The notes under the pieces: model-generated
What the model saw: only the letters and a program-made list of their open reading frames with translations
What the model was told of the DNA's origin: nothing
The model's database searches: none
DNA from: Eledone cirrhosa
Taxonomy: Eukaryota
Assembly (NCBI GenBank): GCA_964016885.1
Contig: OZ024754.1
Location: 43,710,001-43,774,000, forward strand
DNA: 64,000 nucleotides
Reading direction: 5' to 3'
Program-made: the position numbers and the translations under genes
Shown: piece after piece, positions 31,751 to 45,489 of the stretch
Layout: each line of letters starts with the position of its first letter
How positions within the stretch are numbered: position 1 is the first letter of the stretch

Positions 31751-31977
31751 AAAAGTTCTATTTAAATTGTTGGGATACAACAAGCAAATATTTTTATAAA
31801 TGATATAAAGCACTCAACAAATAATTGGAGTAAAAATACGATATTAACAAATGGAAACTATATTTATAAAACCATATTTATTTCATTATACATATTTCAA
31901 GTTGGTGTCCTTGAAATATGTATAATGAAATAAATATGGTTTTATAAATATAGTTTCCATTTGTTAATATCGTATTT
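31751..31977 (-). mobile_element. Family F TA-embedded island with a perfect 68-bp fold-back and the ACTC/GAGT hairpin
   Basis: Arms 31834-31901/31910-31977; minus-strand ACTC-CAA-TTAT-TTG-TT-GAGTGC at 31810-31831. Confidence 0.75.
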
Positions 31978-32033
31978 ATATATATATAATATATATATAT
32001 TATATATATATATATATAAATATATATAATATA

Positions 32034-32159
<126 letters not shown>

Positions 32160-32177
32160 TATATATACACATATATA

Positions 32178-32240
<63 letters not shown>

Positions 32241-32270
32241 AACAAAAGATGGTTAAAAGAGTTCCATGTA

Positions 32271-32337
32271 TTTTATTATGCGCATTTCAAAAACAAATAT
32301 CATCATGCAATAATATTTGTGTTTTCATCAGATAAAA
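32271..32337 (-). ncRNA. Inverted copy of the same hammerhead motif
   Basis: Reverse complement of 32416-32482 with one substitution in stem II. Confidence 0.8.
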
Positions 32338-32415
32338 CAGGAGGACATGATATGAAGGTTAAAATCAACTGCACTATCCACAAGTGTTTTTTAGCCTTCA
32401 TATCATGTCCTCCTG

Positions 32416-32482
32416 TTTTATCTGATGAAAATACAAATATTATTGCATGATGATATTTGTTTTTGAAATGCGCATAATAAAA
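32416..32482 (+). ncRNA. Minimal type I hammerhead ribozyme motif
   Basis: Stem I TTTTAT/ATAAAA; core CTGATGA; stem II ACAAATATTAT/ATGATATTTGT; GAAA; stem III AT-GCGC-AT (palindromic); AUA cleavage triplet. Confidence 0.85.
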
Positions 32483-32607
32483 TACATGGAACTCTTTTAA
32501 CCATCTTTTGTTCTTATATATTATGTATACTCCAGTCCTACAAACTGTAGAGTGCTTCTTATCCGATATCTGCATTGCTTTATTGTACTACAATAAAACT
32601 CACCTCC

Positions 32608-32671
<64 letters not shown>

Positions 32672-32746
32672 TATATATAATATATATATATTATATATAT
32701 ATATAGATATATATATATATAGATATATATATATAGATATATAATA

Positions 32747-32838
<92 letters not shown>

Positions 32839-32992
32839 TATATTATATATATATATAATATGTAGTATATATAGTATATATATATACAGATTATATATAT
32901 ATGTATATAAATAACATACCTATATATATATATATGCGTGTGTGTTTTTGTATATGTATGTCTGTGTTTACGATTGTGTCTGTGTCTATGAT

Positions 32993-33024
<32 letters not shown>

Positions 33025-33413
33025 GTATGTTTGTTTATGAGAGTGTAGGTGTAGGTGTAAGCGAAAGTGTGTTGACGTGTGTATGTATGACACCCGTATA
33101 ATGAAATAGAAAACGCTTGAAAGGTTTTCCGGGTGTTTAACTCCCACTGATTGATTGACTTAGTGGGTACAACACCATGGGACCCCTGTCTCTACAACCC
33201 TCAACATAAATATTTTACTTTGCGGCCCTTTAATAGGGGCTAAATGCCTTTATGAATGGAGGCAGTGTAGTATGCATAAGTTCCTTCTCTAATCATTTCC
33301 ACATATATAATGTATAAACAAGATTTGTTGACTTAGAAAACATTGTGAAATTTTTAATTTGAAAATATAGTCGTCACAATGCAGATAATTACAATAAGAG
33401 TTGAAAGATATAA

Positions 33414-33690
33414 ATAATGGTTTCTGATTTAGACACAAGGCCAATAATTTTTGAGGGAGGGAAAAGTCGATTAAATCGACCTCAGTCCATTACTGGTATT
33501 TTATTTGATCGACCCCGTAAGGATGAACGTCAAAGCTATCCTTGGTGGGATTTGAACACAGACTGTAAAGGGACGTAACTCTATGCTACAAATCATGTTG
33601 TTCCACGCTCTACCTATACTTCTAATCCACCTATAAATAAATGTTTCTACTTTTGGCACAAGGCCAGCAATTATCCCAGTGTATTACTGA
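33414..33690 (-). mobile_element. Nin/Deu-domain SINE (long form) plus a 3' fragment of a second copy
   Basis: Reverse-complement consensus match. Confidence 0.88.
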
Positions 33691-33822
33691 CCAGTTTTGC
33701 TCAATGAGCGAAAGAGTTAAAATAATTATTACTCAATTTGGTGAAACTGCAGTCGGGGCTTTGAAGAAAAAAAAAGGTATATTTTTGTCTATCATTTCCT
33801 CGTATTTTTAATTATATATATA

Positions 33823-33993
33823 TCTATCTATCTATCTTAGGCGGGTAAAATTCCCGAGATCCATGGACGAGTTCTCTCCAGCGGTCTCTGTCCCTCATTA
33901 TCGTTGCCATGTCCTGCGTCTCCAACAGACCAGTGTCTGTCCTTAGGGCATCAACATACGTTAACCTTGGTCTTCGTCTTCTAGTGTGTCCAC
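33823..33993 (-). mobile_element. 3' end of an RTE-group LINE
   Basis: Translation GHTRRRRPRLTYVDALRTDTGLLETQDMATIMRDRDRWRELV (GRP...DRxxWR motif) followed by a (GATA)n tail. Confidence 0.8.
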
Positions 33994-34026
33994 AAACTGC
34001 GCTAAGTTAGTTACATCAACATAAGG

Positions 34027-34218
34027 GGCGGTAGATTGGCAGTATCGGTAGAGGGTCGGACGCCATGCTTTGCAGCATAGTTACGTCCCTTTACGATCTG
34101 AGTTCAAATTCGGCCGAGGTTGACTTTGCCTTTCATCCTTACGGGGGTCGATAAAATAAAGTACCAGTAATGCACTGGGTAATTGCTGGCCTTGTGCCTA
34201 AAGTAGAAACAGTTATTT
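34027..34218 (+). mobile_element. Full-length Nin/Deu-domain SINE (short form)
   Basis: Matches family consensus. Confidence 0.92.
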
Positions 34219-34781
34219 ACATCAACTGGGTCACTGACCATCTAAAACATAACTATAACCACAACCTCAACAACAGTACATTCTGTGTGTTGTCGATGAT
34301 GATATTGCAGTAGTATTTGTTGTCAGTTATAGCTGGGTTTCATCATTGTACACCCGACGGAGGGTATATCAATACACCCGAAGGAGGGTATATCAAGTTT
34401 GTTATATTTACTCTAAATGAGTTTTTTCTTGGTCAAGTGTTATGTGTCGTACAAAACTCTATTTGGAGAAGTGTAAAAGACATTTACTCTGTCTACTCTG
34501 CCTTAAGTTTTGTCCATCCTGCTTTGTTATGTCTGTCAAAGCAACACCCCCCTCCCCTCGCCTCCTCCCACCCCCAACCCCAGCTAAAATATCTACCATT
34601 GTATATTGTTTGCTTTCACATCGTCTTTTCTACGATTTCATGGACACATTGATGGCAGAATCTCTCACTGATATTCTCAAACAGCTGTCACATCATACAG
34701 AATCTCTATAATAAGAGTTGTATTGGATATTGTGCCGTCTGTCACACGATCTGTCCAAAACGTTCTCTGCCAATGGTGTTG

Positions 34782-34862
<81 letters not shown>

Positions 34863-34879
34863 GTATATATGTGTATATG

Positions 34880-35180
34880 TGTGGGTTACATGTTACCAGT
34901 AACACTGAAGTGCTACCTGACATACATACATACATGGTGATGGCTGTAACTTGATTTCGAGTAATGCCATCGTTTGATACATAAACATGAACATCAAAGA
35001 CGTGGCTTTTTAGTCCTGCTAAGGACTTGCCTGTGGCCAGCAATACCATACATCGCCAAAAAATATCACATATCAAGCGATACCTGTGTTTGAAGCTATG
35101 TTTAAGTGAGGAAAGGCTTTGCACGGAGCCAATCCCACTCTCTGAACATTGAATGCATTTACCCAAAAAGAAGACTCTCC
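34880..35180. mobile_element. (CATA)n-associated interspersed repeat homologous to 56285-56897
   Basis: Shared tacatgttaccagta, tttttagtcc, cccactctct and atttacc.aaaa.gaag blocks. Confidence 0.6.
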
Positions 35181-35186
35181 TGAGTT

Positions 35187-35302
<116 letters not shown>

Positions 35303-35330
35303 AATATTAAACAAAATTTAATAGAGCAGT

Positions 35331-35385
35331 GGCTTATACAGGACTAGAACTGTTTCATTGGAAGGAAATCATCAGGATCAAACAG
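35331..35385 (-). ncRNA. Family B hammerhead-like motif
   Basis: Minus strand CTGATGA-TTTCCTTCCAAT-GAAAC-AGTTCTA-GTCCTG; stem I poorly paired in this copy. Confidence 0.55.
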
Positions 35386-35392
35386 TTATATA

Positions 35393-35505
<113 letters not shown>

Positions 35506-35823
35506 TGACACACACATACATATACATACATATCGTCCAACATTTGAAGAAATAGAAACATCATCATCATCAACAACATGTGAAGGTATTCTTGTGAATT
35601 TTGATTTAATCTTTATAAAAGAGTGTCGACCATTTTGTTTGGTGTCGTCTGACATAAGTTAGGCATTATATTTACATTTTAGAATTCATTTTAGAGGAAA
35701 AAAAGGGGGAAAACGACTGAAAATGTAAAAAGAATAAGAAAAATAATAATTTGTAAGATAAATTAATAAATATATAAAAATTATAAGAAAAACGAAATAT
35801 AGTCCCCACCTCCACCCCGGCCA

Positions 35824-35889
<66 letters not shown>

Positions 35890-36263
35890 CTCCCTCTCTC
35901 TCTCTCCCTCTCTCCCTCTCCCCTCTCACCCTCTCCCCTTCTCTACCTCTCTCTCTCCCTACCTCTCTCACTTTCTCTCTCTATCTATCTATCTCTCTCT
36001 CCCCCACCTACCACACACCACACACCACCTACACCTGACCCTCACCCGTATCTCCACCCGAGCAATACATATTATTTTGTTTTTTACTTGTCAAATTTTT
36101 AAAATTATTTAACTTTTTACATTTTTGTTGATATTTCTTTGTTGTTATTTTTCTTTAGTGAGGTGGGGGTGGGGTGGGGTGAGGTGGGTGTGGGGTGGGG
36201 CAGAAATTTCATAAAAATGATGTATTATACAGCTGCCATCTAGAGATGATGTATTACACAGCT

Positions 36264-36425
<162 letters not shown>

Positions 36426-36460
36426 ATACATATATATTTAAATATATCTACATGCATATG

Positions 36461-36518
<58 letters not shown>

Positions 36519-36660
36519 TGTAGATATTTTCGCATACCTGGGTACGTAACTATATATAATGCTTTCATAATTGCACACAAGCACCCCGGACAGACATACA
36601 CACATACATATACAAATATTTATATATACATATATACATATACATATATACATACATATA

Positions 36661-36752
<92 letters not shown>

Positions 36753-36838
36753 TATATATATATATATGTATATATATGTATATACATATGTCTATATATA
36801 TATGTGTGTGTGTGGAGGGTGTATGTGCATGTGTATGA

Positions 36839-36891
<53 letters not shown>

Positions 36892-37195
36892 TCTAGACGT
36901 ATTACATTTAAAAAACGCTGCAAGTCTAATTAAATAAGTGAATAGAGCAATTTCTCCATTTTCTTCACTCCACCTTCTAACAGACGAACGATGCTGGAAT
37001 GAGCGTGAAGAATTTGGTGGAACCATATTTAATTAAGTTACGATTGAAATCTATTTAAAATTGATAATTCTTTCCTTTTCCTTCATAATAACTTCTTTCT
37101 CTTTCTCTTGCTGTTGATATATTTATTGTAGAATTACACTTTTAAGTAATAACGCCTGCTTATTTCTACTTAATTTGATAGAAATATTTTTTAAA

Positions 37196-37730
37196 TAACA
37201 TCAACAATAACAATAGCAATAACAGCAATAACAGCAATAACAGCAATAACAGCAATAACAGCAACAGCAGCAATAACAGCAATAACAGCAATGACAGCAA
37301 TAACAGCAATAACAGCAATAACAGCAATAACAGCAATAACAGTAATAACATCAACAATAACAGCAATAACAACAATAACAGTAATAACATCAACAATAAC
37401 AGCAATAACATTAATAACAGCAATAACAGCAATAACAGCAATAACAGCAACAGCAGCAATAACAGTAATAACATCAACAATAACAGCAATAACAACAATA
37501 ACAGTAATAACATCAACAATAACAGCAATAACATTAATAACAGTAACAGCAGCAATAACAGTAATAACATCAACAATAACAGCAATAACAACAATAACAG
37601 TAATAACATCAACAATAACAGCAATAACAACAATAACAGTAATAACATCAACAATAACAGCGATAACAACAACAACAACAATAATAGCAATGATAACAAC
37701 AGCAACAACAACAACAACAACAACAACAAC
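37196..37730. repeat. 9-bp minisatellite (AATAACAGC)n with variants
   Basis: Direct reading. Confidence 0.95.
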
Positions 37731-38013
37731 ATTTTGTAACTCTAATCCGTTGACTGTATGTCTGTTCATATTTCAGGGTCTTCTTCCTCGTTGTTGGTGT
37801 TGTTGTTGTTGTTGTTGCTGCTGCTGCTGCTGCTGTTGCTGCTGTTGCTGCTGTTATAGTTGTTGATCTTGCTGTTGTTGTTGATATTCCCCGCAGATAT
37901 TCCCCGCAGGACATATTTTTTGCTATTATACTTTTTTTTTTAAATTAGTATTTCTCGGTAATAAATCAACTCACAGCTTCGCTCATATGTCCGTTCCTGG
38001 TTGATTTATATAG

Positions 38014-38388
38014 CAACCAACCATCCAACCAACCCACCAACCAACCAACCAGCCCACCAACCAACCAACCAACCAGCCCACCAACCCACCAACCAACCAA
38101 CCCTCCAACCAACCAACCAACCAACCCTCCAACCAACCACCCAACCAGCCAACCAACCCACCAACCAGCCCACCAACCCACCAACCAACCAACCCTCCAA
38201 CCAACCAACCAACCCTCCAACCAACCACCCAACCAACCAACCAACCCACCAACCAACCCTCCAACCAACCAACCACCCAACCAACCAATCAATCAACCAA
38301 ACAACCAACCAACCAACCCACCAACCAACCACCCAACCACCCAACCAACCAGCCAACCAACCAATCAACCAAACAACCAACCAACCAA

Positions 38389-38419
<31 letters not shown>

Positions 38420-38428
38420 GCCAACTAA
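38014..38428. repeat. (CCAA)n microsatellite
   Basis: Direct reading. Confidence 0.95.
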
Positions 38429-38804
38429 CCGTGATCTCATAAACCTCTGTATATTGTGTAGCTAAACTACTAAATAAATAACTGCCATTAGTTCAACAGC
38501 GGCTGACAAAGTGAATAGTCACAGAAACATCAAAATATCTCGCTGGTAACTTATAGTAAACGTTCTACATTTTTTTGCGTGTTTTTTTTAGGTCTATTTT
38601 TCTCTTTTGATTAATGCACATAAACATAAAGTCCTTGAAATGACAACATACCTAGCCGCTTTGAACTCTCAATGGTTGCAGTATGTCGCTTAGATCAATA
38701 CTAAAATTGTACTGCCTGGGTTCACATGCATCTATCTCTACAATGTGTGTCCGTATGTGTAAATACGTTTGTGTGTACGTGTGTGTGTGTGTGTGTGCAT
38801 GTGT

Positions 38805-38975
38805 GTTGAGGGTTTAATGGTAGAAACGGGTGAAAGAGTACTCAATACTGTTTATAGTAGAGTAACAGTCATTCCTTTGAAGATAAGGATTCTCTCCGTC
38901 AGTTTCCTGAGTTTCCTCAATATGAAGGGTTCGTTTACCGCCTGAAGACACAACGAGGAGCAACAGAGAGAATTA
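38805..38975 (-). mobile_element. Family C island ending in (CA)n, with the ACTC/GAGT hairpin
   Basis: Minus strand TGAG-GAAA-CTCA-G-GAAAC, then ACTC-TAC-TATAAACA-GTA-TT-GAGTAC (38838-38863). Confidence 0.6.
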
Positions 38976-39083
38976 TATGATTCAAACAAATACATGGATG
39001 TGTGTGTGTAGTTAAATTGAGGGATGGTTAGTTAGATAGAGGGGGAGAGAGAGCGAGAGAGAGATGGATAGAGGGAGAGATAG

Positions 39084-39131
<48 letters not shown>

Positions 39132-39280
39132 GGGCAGGCAGACAGGCAGAGAAACAGGTGGGCAGATAGACAGACAAAAAGACCGACAGTTAGATGGATA
39201 GATATATAGATAGATAGATAGATTTCTTTATTTGCCACTAGGGCACAAGAGAAAGGGACAAATACGCAGGGGGTGATTAT

Positions 39281-39393
<113 letters not shown>

Positions 39394-39441
39394 AAGCTAG
39401 GTAGATAGACAGATTCATTGATCGTCCAATAGAAATAGAGA

Positions 39442-39525
<84 letters not shown>

Positions 39526-40015
39526 ATAGAAGAGATGGCATATAAAAATAGATGGAAAGACGGGATAGAAGGGTAGGTGGATGGGTGGGTAGAGAGGTAG
39601 GTAAGGTGGGAGAGAGGGTAAAAACCAATATTTGGTAAGACAGCTGCCAAGTTAAATTCTTGTTGATGTCAGGTGGAAGCAGAAATGAAGGTGGAGGGGG
39701 AAAGGATAGAAAAGAGACGGAAGATATGTCAGCTTTTATCTCATTCCACTTAGAGTATGGCGGGTTTCTCGGTAATAGTCCAACCAGCTTGACCTCACTA
39801 TCAAATGTCTTTTGCTCTGTTTGTGTTTCTTGTTAAACTCTTGGGAATTACAGGCTCACATGGCAGCAACATCGGAGATTGTTGGCTTCGTTTTCGCCTT
39901 TGCTTTTGCCTTTACTTGCTTTGGTCTTTTTCTTCTCTCTCTCTCTCTCTCTCTCCCTCTCTCTTCTTTTCTATCTCACTCTCTTCTTTTCAATCTCTCT
40001 CGCTCTTATCCATTT

Positions 40016-40092
<77 letters not shown>

Positions 40093-40161
40093 TCTGTATA
40101 TATATATATATCACTATCTCTCTCTATCTCGGTTTCGTTTTTGCCTTTGCTTTTGTCTTTT

Positions 40162-40216
<55 letters not shown>

Positions 40217-40222
40217 CCATTT

Positions 40223-40302
<80 letters not shown>

Positions 40303-40885
40303 ATATATATATATCACTATCTCTCTCTATCTCGGTTTCGTTTTTGCCTTTGCTTTTGTCTTTTTCTTCTCTCTCTCTCTCTCTATCTCTCTATCTACCA
40401 ATCTGTCTATCTATCTATCTCTCTATCTATCTATCATCTCTCTCTGTCTCTCTCTATCTATCTCAATCCATCTCTATCTATCTCACTTTCTCTTGCTGTT
40501 GTTGTTATTGATGTCGCAGGAACCGACGGAGATCCGACAACAACAACAACAGCAACATCATAGATTTTTGGCTTTGCTTTGCTCTGATTTTGTTTCATTG
40601 CTTAATTTTGCTTTATTTTTCTTCTCTCTATCTCTCTCTCTCTCGCTTTCACACACACACTCCCCCTCTCTCTATCTCTCTCTCTCTCTTTCTCGCTCTA
40701 TCTCACTTTTTCTTTTTATTGTCGTTATTGATATTGTTGGAACCGACGGAGATCCAACAACAACAACAACATCAGATTTTTTGGCTTTCTCTTTGCCTTG
40801 CTCCATTGCTGCTTCTGTTGTTTTTTTTATTTCCTTTTCTTATTTTCTTTTCCTTGTTTTCTTGTTGTTGTTGTTGTTCTTGTTG

Positions 40886-40938
<53 letters not shown>

Positions 40939-41413
40939 GAATCCCATGGCCTCAACATCAGAGATTTTGGCTTACTTTGCTTCGTGTCTTTGTATCTTCC
41001 TTGCCTTACCGTCTTTTCTTTCATTTTATTTTCCTCTTTCTTTTTGTTGTTGCTTTGTTATTTTTGTTTTTGTTTTAGTTTTTGTTTTGGACGTAGATGG
41101 AACTTTGATTTAAAATAACAACATACCACCACTACAAACAATTTCAAATTTCTGTACCACTACAGCTAGCACAACCACTACTAACGCCAACACCACCACA
41201 CTAACCCCTCCACTACCATCCCCACTAATACTAGATTGAGTAACAATATGTATTTAAATACACAGCCCTATAAAACAAGCATACATATAAATATATATAT
41301 ATGTGTGTGTGTGTGTGTGTCTGTGTGTGTGTGTGTGTGCGTATATATATATATATTGTATTGCCTCTCTGTTTTTGTTCCTGTCTAAGATTTAACTATA
41401 TATACATATATAT

Positions 41414-41549
<136 letters not shown>

Positions 41550-41581
41550 ATATAGTTAAATCTCTCTCTCTCTCTCTCTTG

Positions 41582-41786
41582 TGACTAAAGACATTTTAGC
41601 TTGAGTGTGGGGTTTAGAATCCTCCAAGAAATGGAAAAAGATGAGTATTGAGGTACATGGGAGTCGAACCCACATCTTTGGTTATCCAGACCACTGTGCT
41701 ACCGTTACACCAACACATTAATACTCATCTTCTTCCATTTCTTAGAGGGTTCTAAACCCCACTATCAGGCTAACATTTCTTTGTCA
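41582..41786. mobile_element. MITE-like element with ~65-bp imperfect TIRs enclosing a tRNA-like cassette
   Basis: gtggggtttagaa/ttctaaaccccac, aagaaatggaa/ttccatttctt, aagatgagtatt/aatactcatctt; minus-strand A box TGGTGTAACGG (41702-41712) and B box GGTTCGACTCC (41660-41670). Confidence 0.75.
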
Positions 41787-41855
41787 AAAAATGCGGCGAA
41801 AGCTTCTATTTCTAATTTCAAACTCGCTCGCTGTTTCAATAATTACTTATATTTA

Positions 41856-41934
<79 letters not shown>

Positions 41935-42015
41935 ATATATATGTATGTATGTATGCATGTATGTATGTATGTATATATATATATATGTATGTATGTATGC
42001 ATGTATGTATGTATG

Positions 42016-42052
<37 letters not shown>

Positions 42053-42531
42053 GTATGTATATAAATAAATATATGTGTGTGTAAACAAAAGTCTTAATGA
42101 GTGACACACGGTCAGTGGGTGAAGAGATGGATGTGACTCAGTAAATACAAGATGGGGAAGATGTGGGAGGTAATGACCCCTTCTCTGGCCATCAGTGACC
42201 CATTCACCCAGTGATGGTCACCATTGACAGGACTTGAGGAAGGCGGAGTTTGATTTAGGTCGTATTGGCAGACATTTGTTTATGATGAAGAAAAGGGGTT
42301 GGGGGAAGAAGGGGGTGAAAGGAAGGGTTAGAGATAAGTGGAGGGGGTATTAGAGAGATGGGAGTGACACGGAAAGAACGGGATAGAGAGGATAAAGGTA
42401 TTAGAGAGAGGAGGAGGAGAAATGGATTAGAGAGAGAGAGAAAGAGTAGATAGGAATTAAAGAGGAGGAGAAGAAGAGGATCAGTGAGGGGGAGGAGAAA
42501 ATACAGAACGGAGGCCAATAAAAAAAACTAT

Positions 42532-42704
42532 GTAGAGGGTCGGACGCCATGCTTTGCAGCATAGAGTTACGTCCCTTTGCGTTCTGAGTTCAAATCCCGC
42601 CATGGTTTGCTTTGCCTTTCATCCTTACGGGGTCGATAAAATAAAGTACCAGTAATACACTGAGGTAATTGCTGGCCTTGTGCCAAAAATAGTAACAATT
42701 ATTT
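42532..42704 (+). mobile_element. Nin/Deu-domain SINE
   Basis: Matches family consensus. Confidence 0.9.
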
Positions 42705-42885
42705 AAATAACGAACGTAAAACGCCATCTAGCGGCAATACCCAGTCAACGTTTGACTATCTTATTTAAACAACTAGTCTATTCACGCCATCTTGCGACAA
42801 TACCCAGCCAACGTTTAACTATCTTATTTAAATAACTGACCTATTCACGCCATCTAGCGGCAGTTCTCAGCAAACGTTTAACAAG
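42700..42885. repeat. ~63-bp tandem repeat x3 containing a CTCF-like motif
   Basis: acgccatctagcggca...caacgttt.actatcttatttaaa near 42721, 42785 and 42847. Confidence 0.85.
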
Positions 42886-43773
42886 ATCAAAATGTCACAA
42901 AGAATTGTTTATTTTACGTTCTATTCGCGGCCATCTTTACAACAATCGTGTTTTTGTGGTCAAGAGTTGAGGTGAAAATGGAGGAGTATGAAAGTGTCAC
43001 GAAGCGCAAAGTTAATATTTTTACTGATGTTTTGGTGTTGAATTAGAGGTTTTCTGGGTAATATGAGGTCCCATGAGATCTTTGGCTGACCTCTCAAGAC
43101 GGGAACACTCACACAAACACACACACATACACACACATACACACACACGCACGCATACACACATACACATATACACAAAAACACATACACACATAAACAG
43201 ACACACATACACACACACGCATACACACACGCACATATAGACGCATACACACATACACATATGCACAAAGACACACATACAAATACACAAATACATACAT
43301 ACACATACACACAAACACACATATACACATACACATATACACAAACACATACACACGTACATAAACAGACAGACACACACCTACACAGAAACAGACAATA
43401 TGGTCACTCAGAGGCCATTACCCGGTGTAAGGTGGGGGGGTATTTCAAGACATTGATTGAATGTGTTCCCCCTCCCCCCTCTTTCCTGTGATTGCTAAAA
43501 TAAACAAACATCACAGTCCGTACACACGGTCACGTGACTAGAGATGTCGTTTGCCATTTGGTAAATATTCTTGTCTTTGAGAATGACACCGACTGTTCTA
43601 ACGTTATAGTTGGGGGAGTCGGGGAAGGGTCTTCTTAATGTCACTTGACCTGCTAGAAATAGCAGCCAAATCTAACTCCATCAAAATCTGCCGTCTTCAA
43701 AAATGAGTTATTGACTTGAGAGTAATGTAAAAGATAGTCGTGGATAGAATTGCTTTCATCTTTTTTCTGTTGC

Positions 43774-43831
<58 letters not shown>

Positions 43832-43922
43832 TTTCTCACTCATTCAAACAGGATTGCAAGTAGAAAAAGAAAGCGAAATAGTATTTCTCGCGTTATTTCT
43901 AATACGCAAAAGGCTGAAACCC

Positions 43923-44151
43923 AGAATAAGATTTTACAACACTACGTCAGTAAATATAAAGAAGGCTCAAGTCTAGAATAAGTTTTAGTAACACTACGTC
44001 AGTAAATATAAAGAAGGTTCAAGTTTAGAATAAGTTTTAGTAACACTACATCAGTAAATATAAAGAAGGCTCAAGTCTAAAATAAGTTTTAGTAACACTA
44101 CGTCAGTAAATATAAAGAAGGCTCAAGTCTAGAATAAGTTTTAGTAACACT
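43923..44151. repeat. 52-bp minisatellite, ~4.3 copies
   Basis: aacactacgtcagtaaatataaagaaggctcaagtctagaataagttttagt. Confidence 0.95.
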
Positions 44152-44955
44152 GTGTTCCTAAGCTATGTGTCTTCTTACCATAAGAATTTCTTTGAGAACG
44201 AAGAAGGAAAAAGTTGACTAAAAACGAAGCAGATATATATATATATGTGTGTGTGTGTGTATGTGTGTGTGTGTATGTAAGTATGCATATGTGTGTTTGT
44301 GTGTGTGTGGAAAGAGAGTAAGATAGACAGACAGAGACAGACAAACAGATACACAGAGGGAGAAAGAGCAAAAAAGAAAGAAAGAAATTGAGAGAGTGGG
44401 GAGAGGGGGGAGAGGGGGAGAGGGGGAGAGGGAGAGGGGGCCAGTAGAGGTTTCCGATACTGAAGCAAAGCCAAGAAGCAAACGATGGCAAAAAACACAC
44501 ACAAACAAACACAATAAACACACAAAAAAACCCAAACAAACCAGAAAGACGTAACAAATCAAAAGGTAATGTGTTGTTCCCTGAGGAATGGTAAATTATT
44601 TCTGTTAAAATATCTCTATTGAGAATCGGTAACCAGAGATATTCCTGCGGGATACTAACAAGAAGGCCATTAGCCACCCATAACAACAACAACAATACAT
44701 TTAGATGTTGTTATTTTCCTATATATTCTGATATATTTTCCTAGAAAATATTTTTTGTTCTAAGTTGGACATTTCATTTTGTGTGGAAGTCTTAGAGAAT
44801 GGGGTGGGGAGGGGCAGGGAGAGGAAATGTCATGAAGGAAAAACAGTCCAGAATCACTTTAGAAAAAGAAAAGAAAAAGAGAGACATTAACTATATGAAA
44901 TGTAGTCGTCCTAAGGCAAGTGACTATAAAAATAGTGATTCACTATAAATAATAA

Positions 44956-45050
44956 TACAGTTGTCCCTCGGCATTTGCGGGGATTACATTCTTAGAGCAT
45001 CCGCGAAGAGTTAAAACCGCGAATATCAGACGTGGTCCATAAAAATAACT
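44956..45050 (+). mobile_element. Tigger/pogo-like (Tc1-mariner superfamily) transposon end
   Basis: TA|CAGTTGTCCCTCGG followed by ttgcgggg...ccgcgaa subterminal motifs. Confidence 0.6.
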
Positions 45051-45157
45051 TATAAACGTCAAAATGTAAAGTAAAATATAATTAAAAAAAGACATTAACT
45101 ATATGAAATGTAGTCGTCCTAACGCAAGTGACTATAAAAATAGTGATTCACTATAAA

Positions 45158-45281
45158 TAGTTTCTTATATAGGTACAAGGCCAGCAATTTTGGGGGAGGG
45201 GAAAGGCGATTAAATCGACCCCAGTGTGTGACTGGTACTTTATTTTATCGACCCCGTATGAATAAAATGCAAAGTTAACCT
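45158..45281 (-). mobile_element. SINE 3' half, truncated at the family B island
   Basis: Consensus match stops at aaagttaacct. Confidence 0.85.
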
Positions 45282-45445
45282 TGTTTCATTCGGGAGAAAT
45301 CATCAGGAGGACCTGGACCTGATGATTTCTCCCGAATGAAACAGTTCTAGTCCTGTAGAAGCCATTTCTATATTAAATATTTATACTCTGCTATGTATTG
45401 AGTACCTTACTTACTGTGGTTACTCCCGATTGAACTCAGGGTTCA
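45282..45445 (+). mobile_element. Family B island with a 26-bp fold-back, hammerhead-like core and ACTC/GAGT hairpin
   Basis: Arms 45282-45307/45318-45343; GGAC-CTGATGA-T-TTC-TCCC-GAA-T-GAAAC-AGTTCTA-GTCC (45315-45353); ACTC-TGC-TAT-GTA-TT-GAGTAC (45385-45405). Confidence 0.85.
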
Positions 45446-45489
45446 CACACACACAACACACACACACCTATATATATATCTATAAGTTT

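Larger units (their letters stand above)
32233..32610 (+). mobile_element. TA-embedded island with a ~130-bp fold-back, intact hammerhead and ACTC/GAGT hairpin
   Basis: Arms ~32233-32364/32389-32520; hammerhead at 32416-32482; ACTC-CAGT-CCTACAA-ACTG-TA-GAGTGC at 32529-32555. Confidence 0.85.

Noticed and set aside
41650-41718. tRNA gene calls (also 5718-5790, 7870-7935, 8865-8930)
   Set aside because: Acceptor stems do not pair well and the sequences lie inside repeats, so they are tRNA-derived rather than genes
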